A stretch of DNA of 64,000 nt from an uncultured Oligoflexales bacterium (GCA_964560765.1 CAZLMG010000003.1:41705-105704), one strand, 5' to 3'; positions 30,608 to 40,082 are shown, numbered from the stretch's first letter. Notes: a model not told the origin generated them from the letters alone. Numbers and translations: made by a program.

Positions 30608-30765
30608 GCAAAACCTCCTCGATGTGCTCCGCCAGAGGAGCAGCTCGGATTCTTGGACCTTTTGGATCATGCAACTCAAAAAAGCTGCCGGGTTGTTTAA
30701 CAATCCTGCTGCACCTGCGCAACCCCAAACGGTTGGCCCGCTACCTGGGAAATGGCGATTTAGGT

Positions 30766-30802
30766 AAAAAAATGACGGGCATGCCGCTTTGGCATGCCCG
30801 TC
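30766..30802 (-). terminator. Rho-independent terminator of the REC-PilZ gene
   Basis: Perfect 12-bp stem GACGGGCATGCC / GGCATGCCCGTC (30774-30785 / 30791-30802) with a 5-nt loop. On the minus strand it is followed by A-TTTTTTT (plus-strand A7 at 30766-30772). Confidence 0.85.
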
Positions 30803-30828
30803 AAAAAAACCAATACGGGAATATTGGA

Positions 30829-31554
30829 TTATAGGTAGTAAATCATCCGTGCATCCTGATCCGTCGTCTTCGAGACGAAACGCTCGAGGCGTTTTTGCGA
30901 GTCGCCGATAAATTCCGCAAACCGAATGCCGATCCCCGCCATCTGCTTTGGCTTTTTCGGATCAGGTGGGATGCGGCGCACCACTTCTCCGCGCACGCTG
31001 ATGGGCTTCTTGTAACCAGGGATCACAAAGTCAATTTCCAAAGACAAGCCGGTCGGCAGGATCATATCCGTCGCCAGCAGCAAACCCGATGAAGAAAGGT
31101 CACCGATTTCGATGGTCTGCTCTTTTCCATCGATCTTGACAACCGCCTCGCCCGTAAAAGGAACTCGTTCTTGGCCACGAGTCTTCTGCTCCAACTGCTT
31201 TTTCAGCTTCTCAATAAAGTACTGACGCGGAACGGGCTGTTCGACAAAGAGATCAGCCCCGGCGTTCAGCGATGATTTCTTAGTCTCGGCGTTCGTCTGC
31301 ACACTGGTGATGACCACCGGCACATCCGGGTAATGCTTTTTGAAGTGCTCGCAAACGAGAGGTGCGTTCACCCGTTCATAGTCATAGTTAATGACGATGA
31401 TATCGATGCTTTCGTTCTTTAGTAATTCTTCCGCATCCTGAAATGTCGCGGCGGGACGAACATAAACACCCATGGCACGATAACCGGCACGATCCAGGTC
31501 CGTGGTAATCGTTCGATCGTCTAGGGACAGCATCTTGATCTGTTGGCCGGACAT
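30829..31554 (-). CDS. Receiver-like domain fused to a PilZ (c-di-GMP-binding) domain
   Basis: GAGGGAGG lies upstream of the ATG at 31554. PilZ motifs RGQER (RxxxR) and DLSSSG (DxSxxG) are intact. The REC-like N-terminus (SLDD ... IIVINYDY ... VVITS ... FVEQP) seems to lack the canonical Asp and Lys. Confidence 0.65.
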   Translation of the reverse strand: MSGQQIKMLSLDDRTITTDLDRAGYRAMGVYVRPAATFQDAEELLKNESIDIIVINYDYERVNAPLVCEHFKKHYPDVPVVITSVQTNAETKKSSLNAGADLFVEQPVPRQYFIEKLKKQLEQKTRGQERVPFTGEAVVKIDGKEQTIEIGDLSSSGLLLATDMILPTGLSLEIDFVIPGYKKPISVRGEVVRRIPPDPKKPKQMAGIGIRFAEFIGDSQKRLERFVSKTTDQDARMIYYL

Positions 31555-31758
31555 CGTCCTACCTCCCTCGTTCCTCAGAATCCGCAATCAGTGCCAAAGC
31601 ACCACCTACATTTTTGTCTTCGGCAGCACCCCGCAGAGAATTAGCTCCCACCCAAGTTTTTTTTATAAGCGATTGTAATGGCGAGATTTTCATTATAGAA
31701 AACGCGCCTTTCAGCGGTCGCAGGATGAACGATTCGACCTTGCCTACGGAGTCAATTC

Positions 31759-32511
31759 TTGGAAAAACCCAAGAAAATACGGCTGGATGCACTCATTTTA
31801 GAGCGCAACATGGCCGAATCACTGGCGAAAGCCCAAGCACTTTGCCTTGCGGGTCAAGTCATCGTCGACGGCCAACGCGTCGACCGTGGGTCCGTTTTGG
31901 TGCCGAGCACGGCCGATGTCCGCATCAAATCAAACCGTTACGTCAGCCGCGGGGGCGAGAAATTGGCGGGAGCGGTCGCCGATCTGGGACTCGAAGACGT
32001 ATTTGCCGGCAAGATTGTATTGGATGTTGGAGCTAGCACGGGCGGCTTTACCGATTTCGCCCTGCAGCATGGAGCCGAAAAGGTCATCGCGCTGGATGTG
32101 GGCACGTCGCAGCTAGCCTGGTCTTTACGCCAAGACCCGCGCGTCATCTCCCTCGAGCAAACCCATATTCGGGACTTTCAGCGGACCGATTATCCAGCGG
32201 CTGATGTTGTGGTCGCCGACATCAGCTTCAACAGCCTGGCGCGTTTAGCGGGCCCGCTGGCTGCGGCGACGGCGCCCGATCGCACGGCGGACTACCTGCT
32301 ACTCGTGAAACCTCAATTTGAACTGAATTCCAGCGACATCCCGAGTGGCGGTGTGGTGATCGATCCGACCGCTCGCGTGCGCGCTGTCGAGCAGGTCGTC
32401 GCCGCCTTTTTCGAGCAGGGGCTGACCTATTGCCAGCAAGCACCCAGTCGTGTGACTGGGCGGGATGGGAATCAGGAGGTCTTTGTGCTCCTGCGGCGGC
32501 CCACGTCGTGA
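31759..32511 (+). CDS. tlyA: TlyA-family rRNA 2'-O-ribose methyltransferase (S4 + FtsJ-like domains)
   Basis: RLDALILERNMAESLAKAQALCLAGQVIVDG (S4), YVSRGGEKL, LDVGASTGGFTDFALQHGAEKVIALDVG (SAM site). TTG start. Confidence 0.85.
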   Translation: MEKPKKIRLDALILERNMAESLAKAQALCLAGQVIVDGQRVDRGSVLVPSTADVRIKSNRYVSRGGEKLAGAVADLGLEDVFAGKIVLDVGASTGGFTDFALQHGAEKVIALDVGTSQLAWSLRQDPRVISLEQTHIRDFQRTDYPAADVVVADISFNSLARLAGPLAAATAPDRTADYLLLVKPQFELNSSDIPSGGVVIDPTARVRAVEQVVAAFFEQGLTYCQQAPSRVTGRDGNQEVFVLLRRPTS

Positions 32512-32900
32512 GCCATTTTTCAGTCGCTCGGCGATCATTTGTCGGCGGTCGATAACCCCATATTCTTCAACCATATCGGGCAGCCCAACCATTCACGTCG
32601 ATTCCGGCGCCGATTCATCGCCGAGCATTCTGTTATCTACCCGTATAGAAAGGAGAATATAGAGGTTTCGGCGGCTACCTAACGCAGCTGTACAGGACGA
32701 AGACGTACCGAGCCGGAGCACCCCAGGTGCCGAAAGAACCATTTTCAAACAATATATCAATTGGTTACAAGGATTGGTCAGCCGACACAGCACCTCCGGC
32801 ACGCCACCTGCAAAATCAGCCTGGTCCCCAAGCAAACTCAACCATTGCCCGTCGCCCTCCGACAACACTCGTAGGCCGCGGATCAAAGGAGTGAGACCCC

Positions 32901-34145
32901 ATGGCTCAGCAAAAGACGTGGCACCTAGCCGATTTCCGCCAGGTGCAAACTGAGATTCGCGAAGAGCTGCGCGCCGAGTTTGGTGATTCGCGACCAGCGG
33001 AGCGTCTGGCGGAGATACGCCGCCAACTCGCCCAATTGGACAGCGCCGCAACCACCCCTGAGATGATGCGCCGGTATGTGTTTGCCATGTCAGCTTTGGC
33101 GCATCATCAGCGCTTTGGTGGCCTGAAGCGTCGCGAGGTCTTGCAGCTTCGCGACTTAGCATTGGTTATATTACGAGTCAGCGGCATCTCGCAACGATCG
33201 GCGACGCTGGCGTTTCTCTATGCCGACGTGCATATGGTCACCAGTCAAGTCTTGCGAGCCGCTGGCGATCACTTTCTATCGGGCTGGGAGCAAAACCAAT
33301 CGGAACGCTACATCGGCCGCATCGCCGACGCAGGCCAAGGGGCTCGCACGTTGGGCAATGCCTTGCGCCGCACTCGCCTCGGCATTTTAACGGGTACGCT
33401 GCCACAGCTCGTGCTGGCCGAGAACTCCGTTGATCAAGCGCGCGATTTTGTCATCTGTCGCTCCGTGCGTCTAAAGTCCATGCGCCTCTTACGCCAACAC
33501 GAGGATTTTGATCAGCTGCTGAACGCGACCTTGCGCGAGCATGCCGACAATGAAGCGCTCTGCGCGGAAGCCTCCTGGGAAAATGCATGTCGCAATACAC
33601 AAAGAGATCAGACGCTGACACCCATAGTCTCGCTGTGCAAACGCAATCGTCCTCACTATCGCGCTTGTTACATGATGGAAGGCAAACTCTATGCTGCCGC
33701 CCTGCAGTCGACGCGCTGGCTATCGACGCTGCCAAAGGTGCAAAGCATGATTCGTAATGAGTCGCTGGATCCACGCTCCGATCCAGCCCTGATGAACGCG
33801 GCGCAAACGATCGAATCCTGTTACGACAACGTGATTCCCTTTGAAATTCGCTTGACCAAGTTGGGAGAATGCCTCGATCAGGCAAGAATCTTGGCCGCCA
33901 TCGATCAAGAGCTGTTGTTATGGCTGGCGGCCACGCGCTGGCTGGTGCGTAGCCATGCGTTCGCCCATGCCGCACAGGCGATGGTAGAGTACGAAAAGAT
34001 CTCCCTGATCATCTCGCACGGAAGCAATCAGGACGCCCTAGGCCTGGCCTCAGACCTGTTTGCGGCCACTTGGTATCAGCAGTGGGTGCTGGGGCGAGGC
34101 TTCGGCGAAGTGGAACAAACGGCCGAAACCGAGTCCGTCGCCTAA
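32901..34145 (+). CDS. Hypothetical helical protein
   Basis: AAGGAG lies 9 nt upstream of the ATG. The composition is balanced. No family recognised. Confidence 0.5.
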   Translation: MAQQKTWHLADFRQVQTEIREELRAEFGDSRPAERLAEIRRQLAQLDSAATTPEMMRRYVFAMSALAHHQRFGGLKRREVLQLRDLALVILRVSGISQRSATLAFLYADVHMVTSQVLRAAGDHFLSGWEQNQSERYIGRIADAGQGARTLGNALRRTRLGILTGTLPQLVLAENSVDQARDFVICRSVRLKSMRLLRQHEDFDQLLNATLREHADNEALCAEASWENACRNTQRDQTLTPIVSLCKRNRPHYRACYMMEGKLYAAALQSTRWLSTLPKVQSMIRNESLDPRSDPALMNAAQTIESCYDNVIPFEIRLTKLGECLDQARILAAIDQELLLWLAATRWLVRSHAFAHAAQAMVEYEKISLIISHGSNQDALGLASDLFAATWYQQWVLGRGFGEVEQTAETESVA

Positions 34146-34330
34146 TTCACCGCAGAAATTCCGACGAATTGTGCTGCCGCCTGTCGGCAGATGGGGAGCT
34201 TTATGCGCTTGGGCAAAAGAAGTCCGAAGAAGATATTTGCGCACCGCCTCCTGACGGCGGTGACTCATGCCGGCTCGCGCCGAAAGCCACCAAGCCGCCC
34301 GGGAAACGATACGGAAACGACACCGGGCTA

Positions 34331-34591
34331 TTAGAAAAAGACGGCTTGGCTGCGCAGGCAGTAGAAGTAGTGGGCCGCATCGAGCGCATCAATCCAGATC
34401 GTATCCGTGCTGTAATCATAATGGGCGCGAACATGATTCGCGTCGATGGCATCCACGATGGCATCCTGCTCCAATTCATATAGCTCGGCCATCCCAGCCA
34501 GCGTAATTCTTTGACCGTCCCACTGCCGCGGGTCGTGTCCCATTTCCGACAGCGCCTGAACAAAGGCCTCTTTGGTGACCTGATGCACCAT
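34331..34591 (-). CDS. Small acidic hypothetical protein (86 aa)
   Basis: The internal ATG at 34591 is preceded by GAGGAG (6-nt spacer). Its composition is plausible, unlike the overlapping Arg-rich ORF 34201..34707. Confidence 0.4.
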   Translation of the reverse strand: MVHQVTKEAFVQALSEMGHDPRQWDGQRITLAGMAELYELEQDAIVDAIDANHVRAHYDYSTDTIWIDALDAAHYFYCLRSQAVFF

Positions 34592-34744
34592 AGGTCGCTC
34601 CTCTCGCATGCAAAGTGAATATGTGCAGGATGTAGTCTTAGAATATCGTGAGCTATTGCCGCAAAACAACGGGCAGACTTTGCGCTCTGTCGCGGGCGGC
34701 AGCGCACCAGTTTTACCTAGTCAAAAACGTCGAAAGCGTGACGC

Positions 34745-36310
34745 TCAGATGGATGTGAGGCCGAGCGAGACGCGAGTGTTTCCTCGACCGTCGGCAACGC
34801 TCTTATGGGGCTGAAAAATGGCGCGCGGCACCTCCACAAAGGCCGCATTGGCAAAGTGGCTGTTGCCGAGCAGCTCGTACAGCACCGTCTCGTGGTAAAA
34901 GACCTTTTTACCAAGATATTCCTTCTCGGCAATGATCCAGTATTCGTGGTCGTCACTACCATACACCTGCGGGTCAGAGGGGATTTCACAAGCAACGAAA
35001 ACAGGATTGAAGTGGGTGGCCTTTTGCGGGTTGGCCAAAAAACGCTCCCGGTCTTCTGCGGATGCATGCGGCACTTCCAGGCAGACTTTCTCGCGGCCTC
35101 GATCCGTTTCGACAAATGCCGGAGTCCCACCTACATCATTATGAATATTCGGCACCTGCCCCAATAGGTTCAATGGACGGGCATACAAACGGCGCAGTTC
35201 CGCAAGAGCCGCATCGCCGTCGCCTGCCGGAAGTCGATGAACCGTAGTGCTAAATACCTGCACCTGCAAATCCCAAAGGACATCCCAATCAGTTCGCGCA
35301 GACCCCGTTGCCTCGCATAACTCTGACTCGGCAAGCACACTCCGGGCAATATTTGCCGCCTGAGTTAAACTGCCATCGTCAAGGTGCTGACGGATCGCGA
35401 CCATCGACTGCCGCAAAAATTCGTACTGCCACAGAAAACGCTCGGTAGCTTCGCGCACGATGGGGGCGTTGCCGGCGACATTATCGACGTTGCGAATCAG
35501 CAGGGAATGGGCGCAAGGGAACTGAGCCGCAATTTGCGGCAAGAGATAGACCAGCATGCCATGTCCTGCCGGAACAAGCGACAACCTACCGTCCTCAATA
35601 ATCGGTTCTGAATCTGCGCCGATGCGGAACGTGGATAAATCAGCGCCCTGCTCCATGAACGCTATGGGTAAACCGATATCTTGCAGAACTGGCGGCCATT
35701 GCTGCATGGCGCGCTCGAAGTCGCCCTGAAGACCGACGGGAACCACATAGACCTCACCGGCTAGGCCGCCGAACTGAGAATTTTGCCAATGCTGAATCGC
35801 GAAAAAACTATCTCCCTCGGCCGTGCACGGCTGCAAACCTTTTGGCCACTGCCACGCTTCGAGGGCGGCAGTGAGCGCATCGACGCTGGGTTGTTCACCG
35901 ACGATCAGCGCCTCAAAAAGTCGGCGAATGGGCGAGGCCAGGGGCCATGCTCGCCAAGCACCATCGCCCACGTTTAGGGTATCGCGCACGGCCTGCCAAT
36001 CTTTCTGATCCAGACTTGCCCGCAGACCACTCAGGTCGCGAAAGTAGCGGGATGAAGCGCCAGCGGCGGGAATAAATGCCGCGACTCCGCTGGGAATTCC
36101 AGATTGACCGCGCCGCAAATTCGCCACCGGTTCTGCCAACCAAGTCTGGGGTTGAATGCCGCCATTATCGAGGCGGCAGGTATCGTGTATGGGAATGTGA
36201 TGGCGAAACCCTGGCTGCCGGCTGCGCAGGAAACGACGGTAGTGCATCTGACATAAATCGGAACACAGGCCCGAATTTTTCGCCAAATCTGCAAGCCGCT
36301 GTAAATCCAT
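34745..36310 (-). CDS. DUF4301-like protein (nucleotidyltransferase-like, function unknown)
   Basis: The length (521 aa) and the motif AAFIPAAGASSRYF, plus HFNPVFVACE, match my recollection of the DUF4301 family. It starts 15 nt after the upstream SBP gene. Confidence 0.5.
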   Translation of the reverse strand: MDLQRLADLAKNSGLCSDLCQMHYRRFLRSRQPGFRHHIPIHDTCRLDNGGIQPQTWLAEPVANLRRGQSGIPSGVAAFIPAAGASSRYFRDLSGLRASLDQKDWQAVRDTLNVGDGAWRAWPLASPIRRLFEALIVGEQPSVDALTAALEAWQWPKGLQPCTAEGDSFFAIQHWQNSQFGGLAGEVYVVPVGLQGDFERAMQQWPPVLQDIGLPIAFMEQGADLSTFRIGADSEPIIEDGRLSLVPAGHGMLVYLLPQIAAQFPCAHSLLIRNVDNVAGNAPIVREATERFLWQYEFLRQSMVAIRQHLDDGSLTQAANIARSVLAESELCEATGSARTDWDVLWDLQVQVFSTTVHRLPAGDGDAALAELRRLYARPLNLLGQVPNIHNDVGGTPAFVETDRGREKVCLEVPHASAEDRERFLANPQKATHFNPVFVACEIPSDPQVYGSDDHEYWIIAEKEYLGKKVFYHETVLYELLGNSHFANAAFVEVPRAIFQPHKSVADGRGNTRVSLGLTSI

Positions 36311-36325
36311 GTCCGCCTCGGATGC

Positions 36326-37666
36326 TTAGTGATGCGCTTTGCGCTTTGCCATAACGTCTTTATCGATTTGGGCTAAGTGCGCCTTTGTGCGTGCAGTCCA
36401 CTCATTCAAAGTTTGATTACGATAGACCCCGCTCTCCCACTTGCCGGCTGCCGTCATCAGCTCCTGTCGACTGACGATGGGTTGCAAAAACTTCTGCCGT
36501 AAACTGGCATCAATCTCCTTGGCCTGCAACTTGCGCCAAACAGCTTTGATCTCGTGATGATGGTCGATCATAATCGTCCCCAGCAAATCGTTAAACGCCC
36601 GGCGCATTTTACCTTGCGCTTCCAGGTCGATTTTATGCATGGACTTCTGCTGAAAGGGATTCATCGCATACAGGCGCTTGCCTTCTGTTTCCGCATAGGC
36701 CTGCGGCAATATGGACATGCGAGCTAAGTCAGCTGCCTTCGGACCATCAACCGCCCCCTTTGGCAGCATCCACAGCTTCTGCGCCGGAACACTCAAAACG
36801 AAGTTGAGAAAGCGCTCGGCGGCAATGCGATTCGGGGCTCCCCGCAGAATAGCGACAGGATCCGGATCCAAAACCGATTGCCCCTCGGGCAGGATGAAGT
36901 TCAAATGCTCGTCTCCCAACTCCCACATCTTGGAGAGCCCGTAAAAATCAATCACCATCGACACGGCAGCATCGCCAGCGACGACGGCCTTGACTGGATC
37001 TGAGCTGGAATGGGTGAATTGGCGCGTATTGCCGGTAATTCCCATCAGAGTTTGCCAACCACGCTCCCAGCCCAAGATTTCAACAACCACCATCTGCATG
37101 GTGCTGTTAGTTCCAGACTGGCGCAAATCCGCCAGCGAAACCTGGTCAAAGTACTTGGGGTCCGCCAGGTCGCTCCATGCATTTGGCTCGGGCAGCTTTT
37201 CCAACTGCAAGACCTTGCGATTGTAAAAGATGCCAAAGGAGGCGATGGCTGCTGCATGCCAGCGAAACTGGGAGTCGGAAAGTGGCACGCCGGCGCACTG
37301 ATCGGGAAATCCCTTCTTGACTGCATCTGGTAATCGATATGGAGCCAAGAAACCTTCTTGCGCCATATCGACAAAATTCGCGCCAGTTCCGCCCCACATA
37401 ATGTCAACGCCGGAAGTCGCAGAACCATTCGCATACTTTGTCTCCAGATATTGGACGGCGTTAGAGGCGCCACCTTGGTCTAGCCACTCCACCAAGATGT
37501 CGCGCCCATACGTTTGCTTATAATGCGCCCGAAATGCCGGAATGAATTCGTTTTGGATCGATTTGCGATGCGGCGAGATGATCAACAGCTTATCGTCAGC
37601 CGCAAATGACGGCTGCGCAATGCCCAGTAAAATGCCGGCAAAACACAATGTAAACAACGTTCGCAT
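36326..37666 (-). CDS. Orphan periplasmic substrate-binding protein, paralogue of 29294..30607
   Basis: LLIISPHRKSIQNEFIPAFRAHYKQTYGRDILVEWLDQGGASNAV aligns with LVIISPHRKSVQDEFIPRFKQYYRATFKAPVDVEWIDQGGTTDDV, and the match continues along the length. The Met at 37666 gives signal peptide MRTLFTLCFAGILLGIAQPSFA. There is no adjacent permease or ATPase. Confidence 0.8.
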   Translation of the reverse strand: MRTLFTLCFAGILLGIAQPSFAADDKLLIISPHRKSIQNEFIPAFRAHYKQTYGRDILVEWLDQGGASNAVQYLETKYANGSATSGVDIMWGGTGANFVDMAQEGFLAPYRLPDAVKKGFPDQCAGVPLSDSQFRWHAAAIASFGIFYNRKVLQLEKLPEPNAWSDLADPKYFDQVSLADLRQSGTNSTMQMVVVEILGWERGWQTLMGITGNTRQFTHSSSDPVKAVVAGDAAVSMVIDFYGLSKMWELGDEHLNFILPEGQSVLDPDPVAILRGAPNRIAAERFLNFVLSVPAQKLWMLPKGAVDGPKAADLARMSILPQAYAETEGKRLYAMNPFQQKSMHKIDLEAQGKMRRAFNDLLGTIMIDHHHEIKAVWRKLQAKEIDASLRQKFLQPIVSRQELMTAAGKWESGVYRNQTLNEWTARTKAHLAQIDKDVMAKRKAHH

Positions 37667-37754
37667 CCCTGTCCCCCAGCCGCTGCACGATGGATTGGCG
37701 CTGTGGAGGATATAACGGATGCTTTTCGGAAGTCTATGCAAATGACCGTAGTTT

Positions 37755-40082
37755 TCAGCTGGCTTTCTTATCGGCACTTGCCGATCCAGGTTCATCATCT
37801 TCGCCGATGGGGACGACAAATGAGCCGCGGCGGCGCTTAGCGCGGACTTTGACACCCGCAACGTCGCTGCCGACAGCGATGGGGACGCCACCAATTTCAA
37901 TCTTAGTCGTACCGATAAGGGTCTCTTCAACCAGGATAAAAGCTTCCTTGTCATGCACGAGCTTGCTGCGCGACTCATCCACCTTCAATTGCAACTTGTC
38001 CATTAGCTCTCGCCCGCGCTCTAGCTGCCCCTTCAGCACTTCGATCATCTCTTCGTTCTTCTTACTGAGTTGGGACTTATTCTTGCGCATCAGTTCTCGC
38101 AAATTCTGTCGCGACTGATCCAGCCAATCCGTCAGCTTTGCTAAACGTTGTGAGCGGATACGCAACGCCAGTTCCGCGCGCCAATCACATCCGACCTTGA
38201 TTTCTGTCGCGGCACCCCTGGGAAATCCCATCTTTGCCGTCTTGATAAAGTTGCGTACGGCGTAGTAGCCGCCTGCTAGCATGCTGTCGCGAGCCACTAA
38301 CTCAATGTGGTTACCACAGGCGATTTCAGAGTTCAGAATCACTTTCTTGATGCGCATGACGCCACCGCACACGATACGAGAGTTCTCGATAATGTCGGCG
38401 TATAAGTCGTTCCTCACGAATACCTTGCCCTGCTGGCTGGTGATGATGCCGCCCTTTACCTCCAATGATCCACCGACACGGACAAAAGCTCCGCGAATTT
38501 CACCAGTAACCAAAAGATTGCCGGTGACGATGACCGTCGCTCCATTGTCGATGGATCCTTTTACTTCACAGTCCCCATCATAGCGAACGTCGCCACTGCG
38601 CAAATTGACATCAGTATCAATCACCAGTCGCGAACGCACGGAAATGGTATTGCCCTCAATAACAGGCATCCCCTCCATCGTTGCATAAAACTTATTGTCC
38701 GCACGCTTCTCAACGCCATCACCGATGGCAACGATGAGCTCACCCACTTCCGAGGTGGGTAATTCTTTTCCAAGAACATCGCGGCCCGTTCTGCCAGGCT
38801 TTTTGTACCGAATCTCTGCCAAGAGTTGACCCTGATGCACAATGGCTTTTTGCTGCATGGCTCGTAGATTCAGCGAATCCTCGGTGCTGGTCTCGGGCGC
38901 TTTGTCTTCCTTGTAGTTCTTATGAATATATGGCTCAGAGGGCGGAACACCAGCGATGCCAACCGCCACCAAGGCACCAGTCAAGTCTTGCTTCTTCGCC
39001 ATCAAATCAAGTGCTGTCCGCTTGCCGGCTTCCCAGCCGACGACGACGCCGTTACGAGCAACTTCCTGCGCTAGCCACTCTTCGTTGACCTCAAATTCCG
39101 GGTCCGTATAAAACTTCATATCCCAATTGGCAATCGTCGCTTCCATTTTGTCATCGGCGATGCTGACCTGAAGCTTGCCTCGCCCAGGATAGGTCTCTGG
39201 TACAACCACAGCGGCTGTACCTGCGGCCTCAGCAATTTTGCTGGCTACGCCGGCCTTCGGTGTCGCTGCAGTCGCACCCGCCAGCATGACCATCGGCAAA
39301 CTCAGGCCCATGGCTTGCGGTCCTTCAATCGCCTGCTTCAGGTCCTGAATGAGACGGCTACGAAAATAGGTAAATTGTCCCAGCCCTGCAGAGGCGAGCT
39401 TTTTTGCGGCATCCGAGGCCACCAACAGGATCCGCTCAATTGCCTCTCGGCCTGCGAGTGCCGCTGGACTGTTGACGATAACCAACAATTCTCCGCGCGC
39501 TCGATTGCCGACTACCGAGAAGGGCTTGTCCGGGGCCACGGCAGGTTCCAAGCCGATCGCCAGATCAGTGGCAGCTTCGCCGTTTACCGCGCGATGAACA
39601 GCACCGAGGACTTGCGCAAAATTGTAGCGCCCGTGAATCTTGCGCTTGCGACACTCGATATCGCAGAACGTGCGGACCCAATCCACATCCCACTTCGCGA
39701 CTTCGACGGCGGGAGCTTTGATGGTTAGCAGAAATAAGGCTTTTCCCTGGCCACCATTGCTGATGCTGATCCCGGCAAGTGGCGGCACACCAAAACCAAT
39801 GTTACAAGAAAGCACCGTATTGGGACGTATCTGTCCGGCTTCCAGTCGGCGACCAACAACTTCCCACATCGTCTGAATGGTTTTGTGATCAAGCATGAAA
39901 TCGCGAATCTTACGGGCATCTTGTTCGGCGGTGAGTTTATTCTCGGCCCGCTGAAACAAATCTTCTGGTGGAGATGGCAGACGCAGGCAAACCTCTGCGC
40001 GAAACTCGGCCCTCACGCGGAAAGCGCTGGCAGCATAACTCAATTTGACTTCTGACTCAGCCACAGTGCTGATCACTCCCAT
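37755..40082 (-). CDS. FapA/DUF342-family protein with long N-terminal region and C-terminal coiled coil
   Basis: A beta-helix-type repeat region is typical of DUF342 (VRYDGDCEVKGSIDNGATVIVTGNLLVTGEIRGAFVRVGGSLEVKGGIITSQQGKVFVRNDLYADIIENSRIVCGGVMRIKKVILNSEIACGNHIELV). A coiled coil follows (LAKLTDWLDQSRQNLRELMRKNKSQLSKKNEEMIEVLKGQLERGRELMDKLQLK). Confidence 0.7.
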   Translation of the reverse strand: MGVISTVAESEVKLSYAASAFRVRAEFRAEVCLRLPSPPEDLFQRAENKLTAEQDARKIRDFMLDHKTIQTMWEVVGRRLEAGQIRPNTVLSCNIGFGVPPLAGISISNGGQGKALFLLTIKAPAVEVAKWDVDWVRTFCDIECRKRKIHGRYNFAQVLGAVHRAVNGEAATDLAIGLEPAVAPDKPFSVVGNRARGELLVIVNSPAALAGREAIERILLVASDAAKKLASAGLGQFTYFRSRLIQDLKQAIEGPQAMGLSLPMVMLAGATAATPKAGVASKIAEAAGTAAVVVPETYPGRGKLQVSIADDKMEATIANWDMKFYTDPEFEVNEEWLAQEVARNGVVVGWEAGKRTALDLMAKKQDLTGALVAVGIAGVPPSEPYIHKNYKEDKAPETSTEDSLNLRAMQQKAIVHQGQLLAEIRYKKPGRTGRDVLGKELPTSEVGELIVAIGDGVEKRADNKFYATMEGMPVIEGNTISVRSRLVIDTDVNLRSGDVRYDGDCEVKGSIDNGATVIVTGNLLVTGEIRGAFVRVGGSLEVKGGIITSQQGKVFVRNDLYADIIENSRIVCGGVMRIKKVILNSEIACGNHIELVARDSMLAGGYYAVRNFIKTAKMGFPRGAATEIKVGCDWRAELALRIRSQRLAKLTDWLDQSRQNLRELMRKNKSQLSKKNEEMIEVLKGQLERGRELMDKLQLKVDESRSKLVHDKEAFILVEETLIGTTKIEIGGVPIAVGSDVAGVKVRAKRRRGSFVVPIGEDDEPGSASADKKAS

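Noticed and set aside
32593-33162. 189-aa minus-strand ORF spanning the tlyA-downstream gap
   Set aside because: It overlaps the 5' part of the plus-strand gene at 32901, which has a good AAGGAG RBS. The translation is Arg/Gly/Ser-rich with no recognisable features.
34201-34707. 168-aa minus-strand ORF overlapping the 86-aa ORF
   Set aside because: The sequence is extremely Arg/Ser/Pro-rich. The alternative frame (34331..34591) has an RBS and a normal composition.
37667-37978. N-terminal extension of the orphan SBP ORF overlapping the FapA-like gene
   Set aside because: The Met at 37666 gives a normal signal peptide that aligns with the paralogue's start. The extension is low-complexity Ser/Leu/Ala/Arg sequence.
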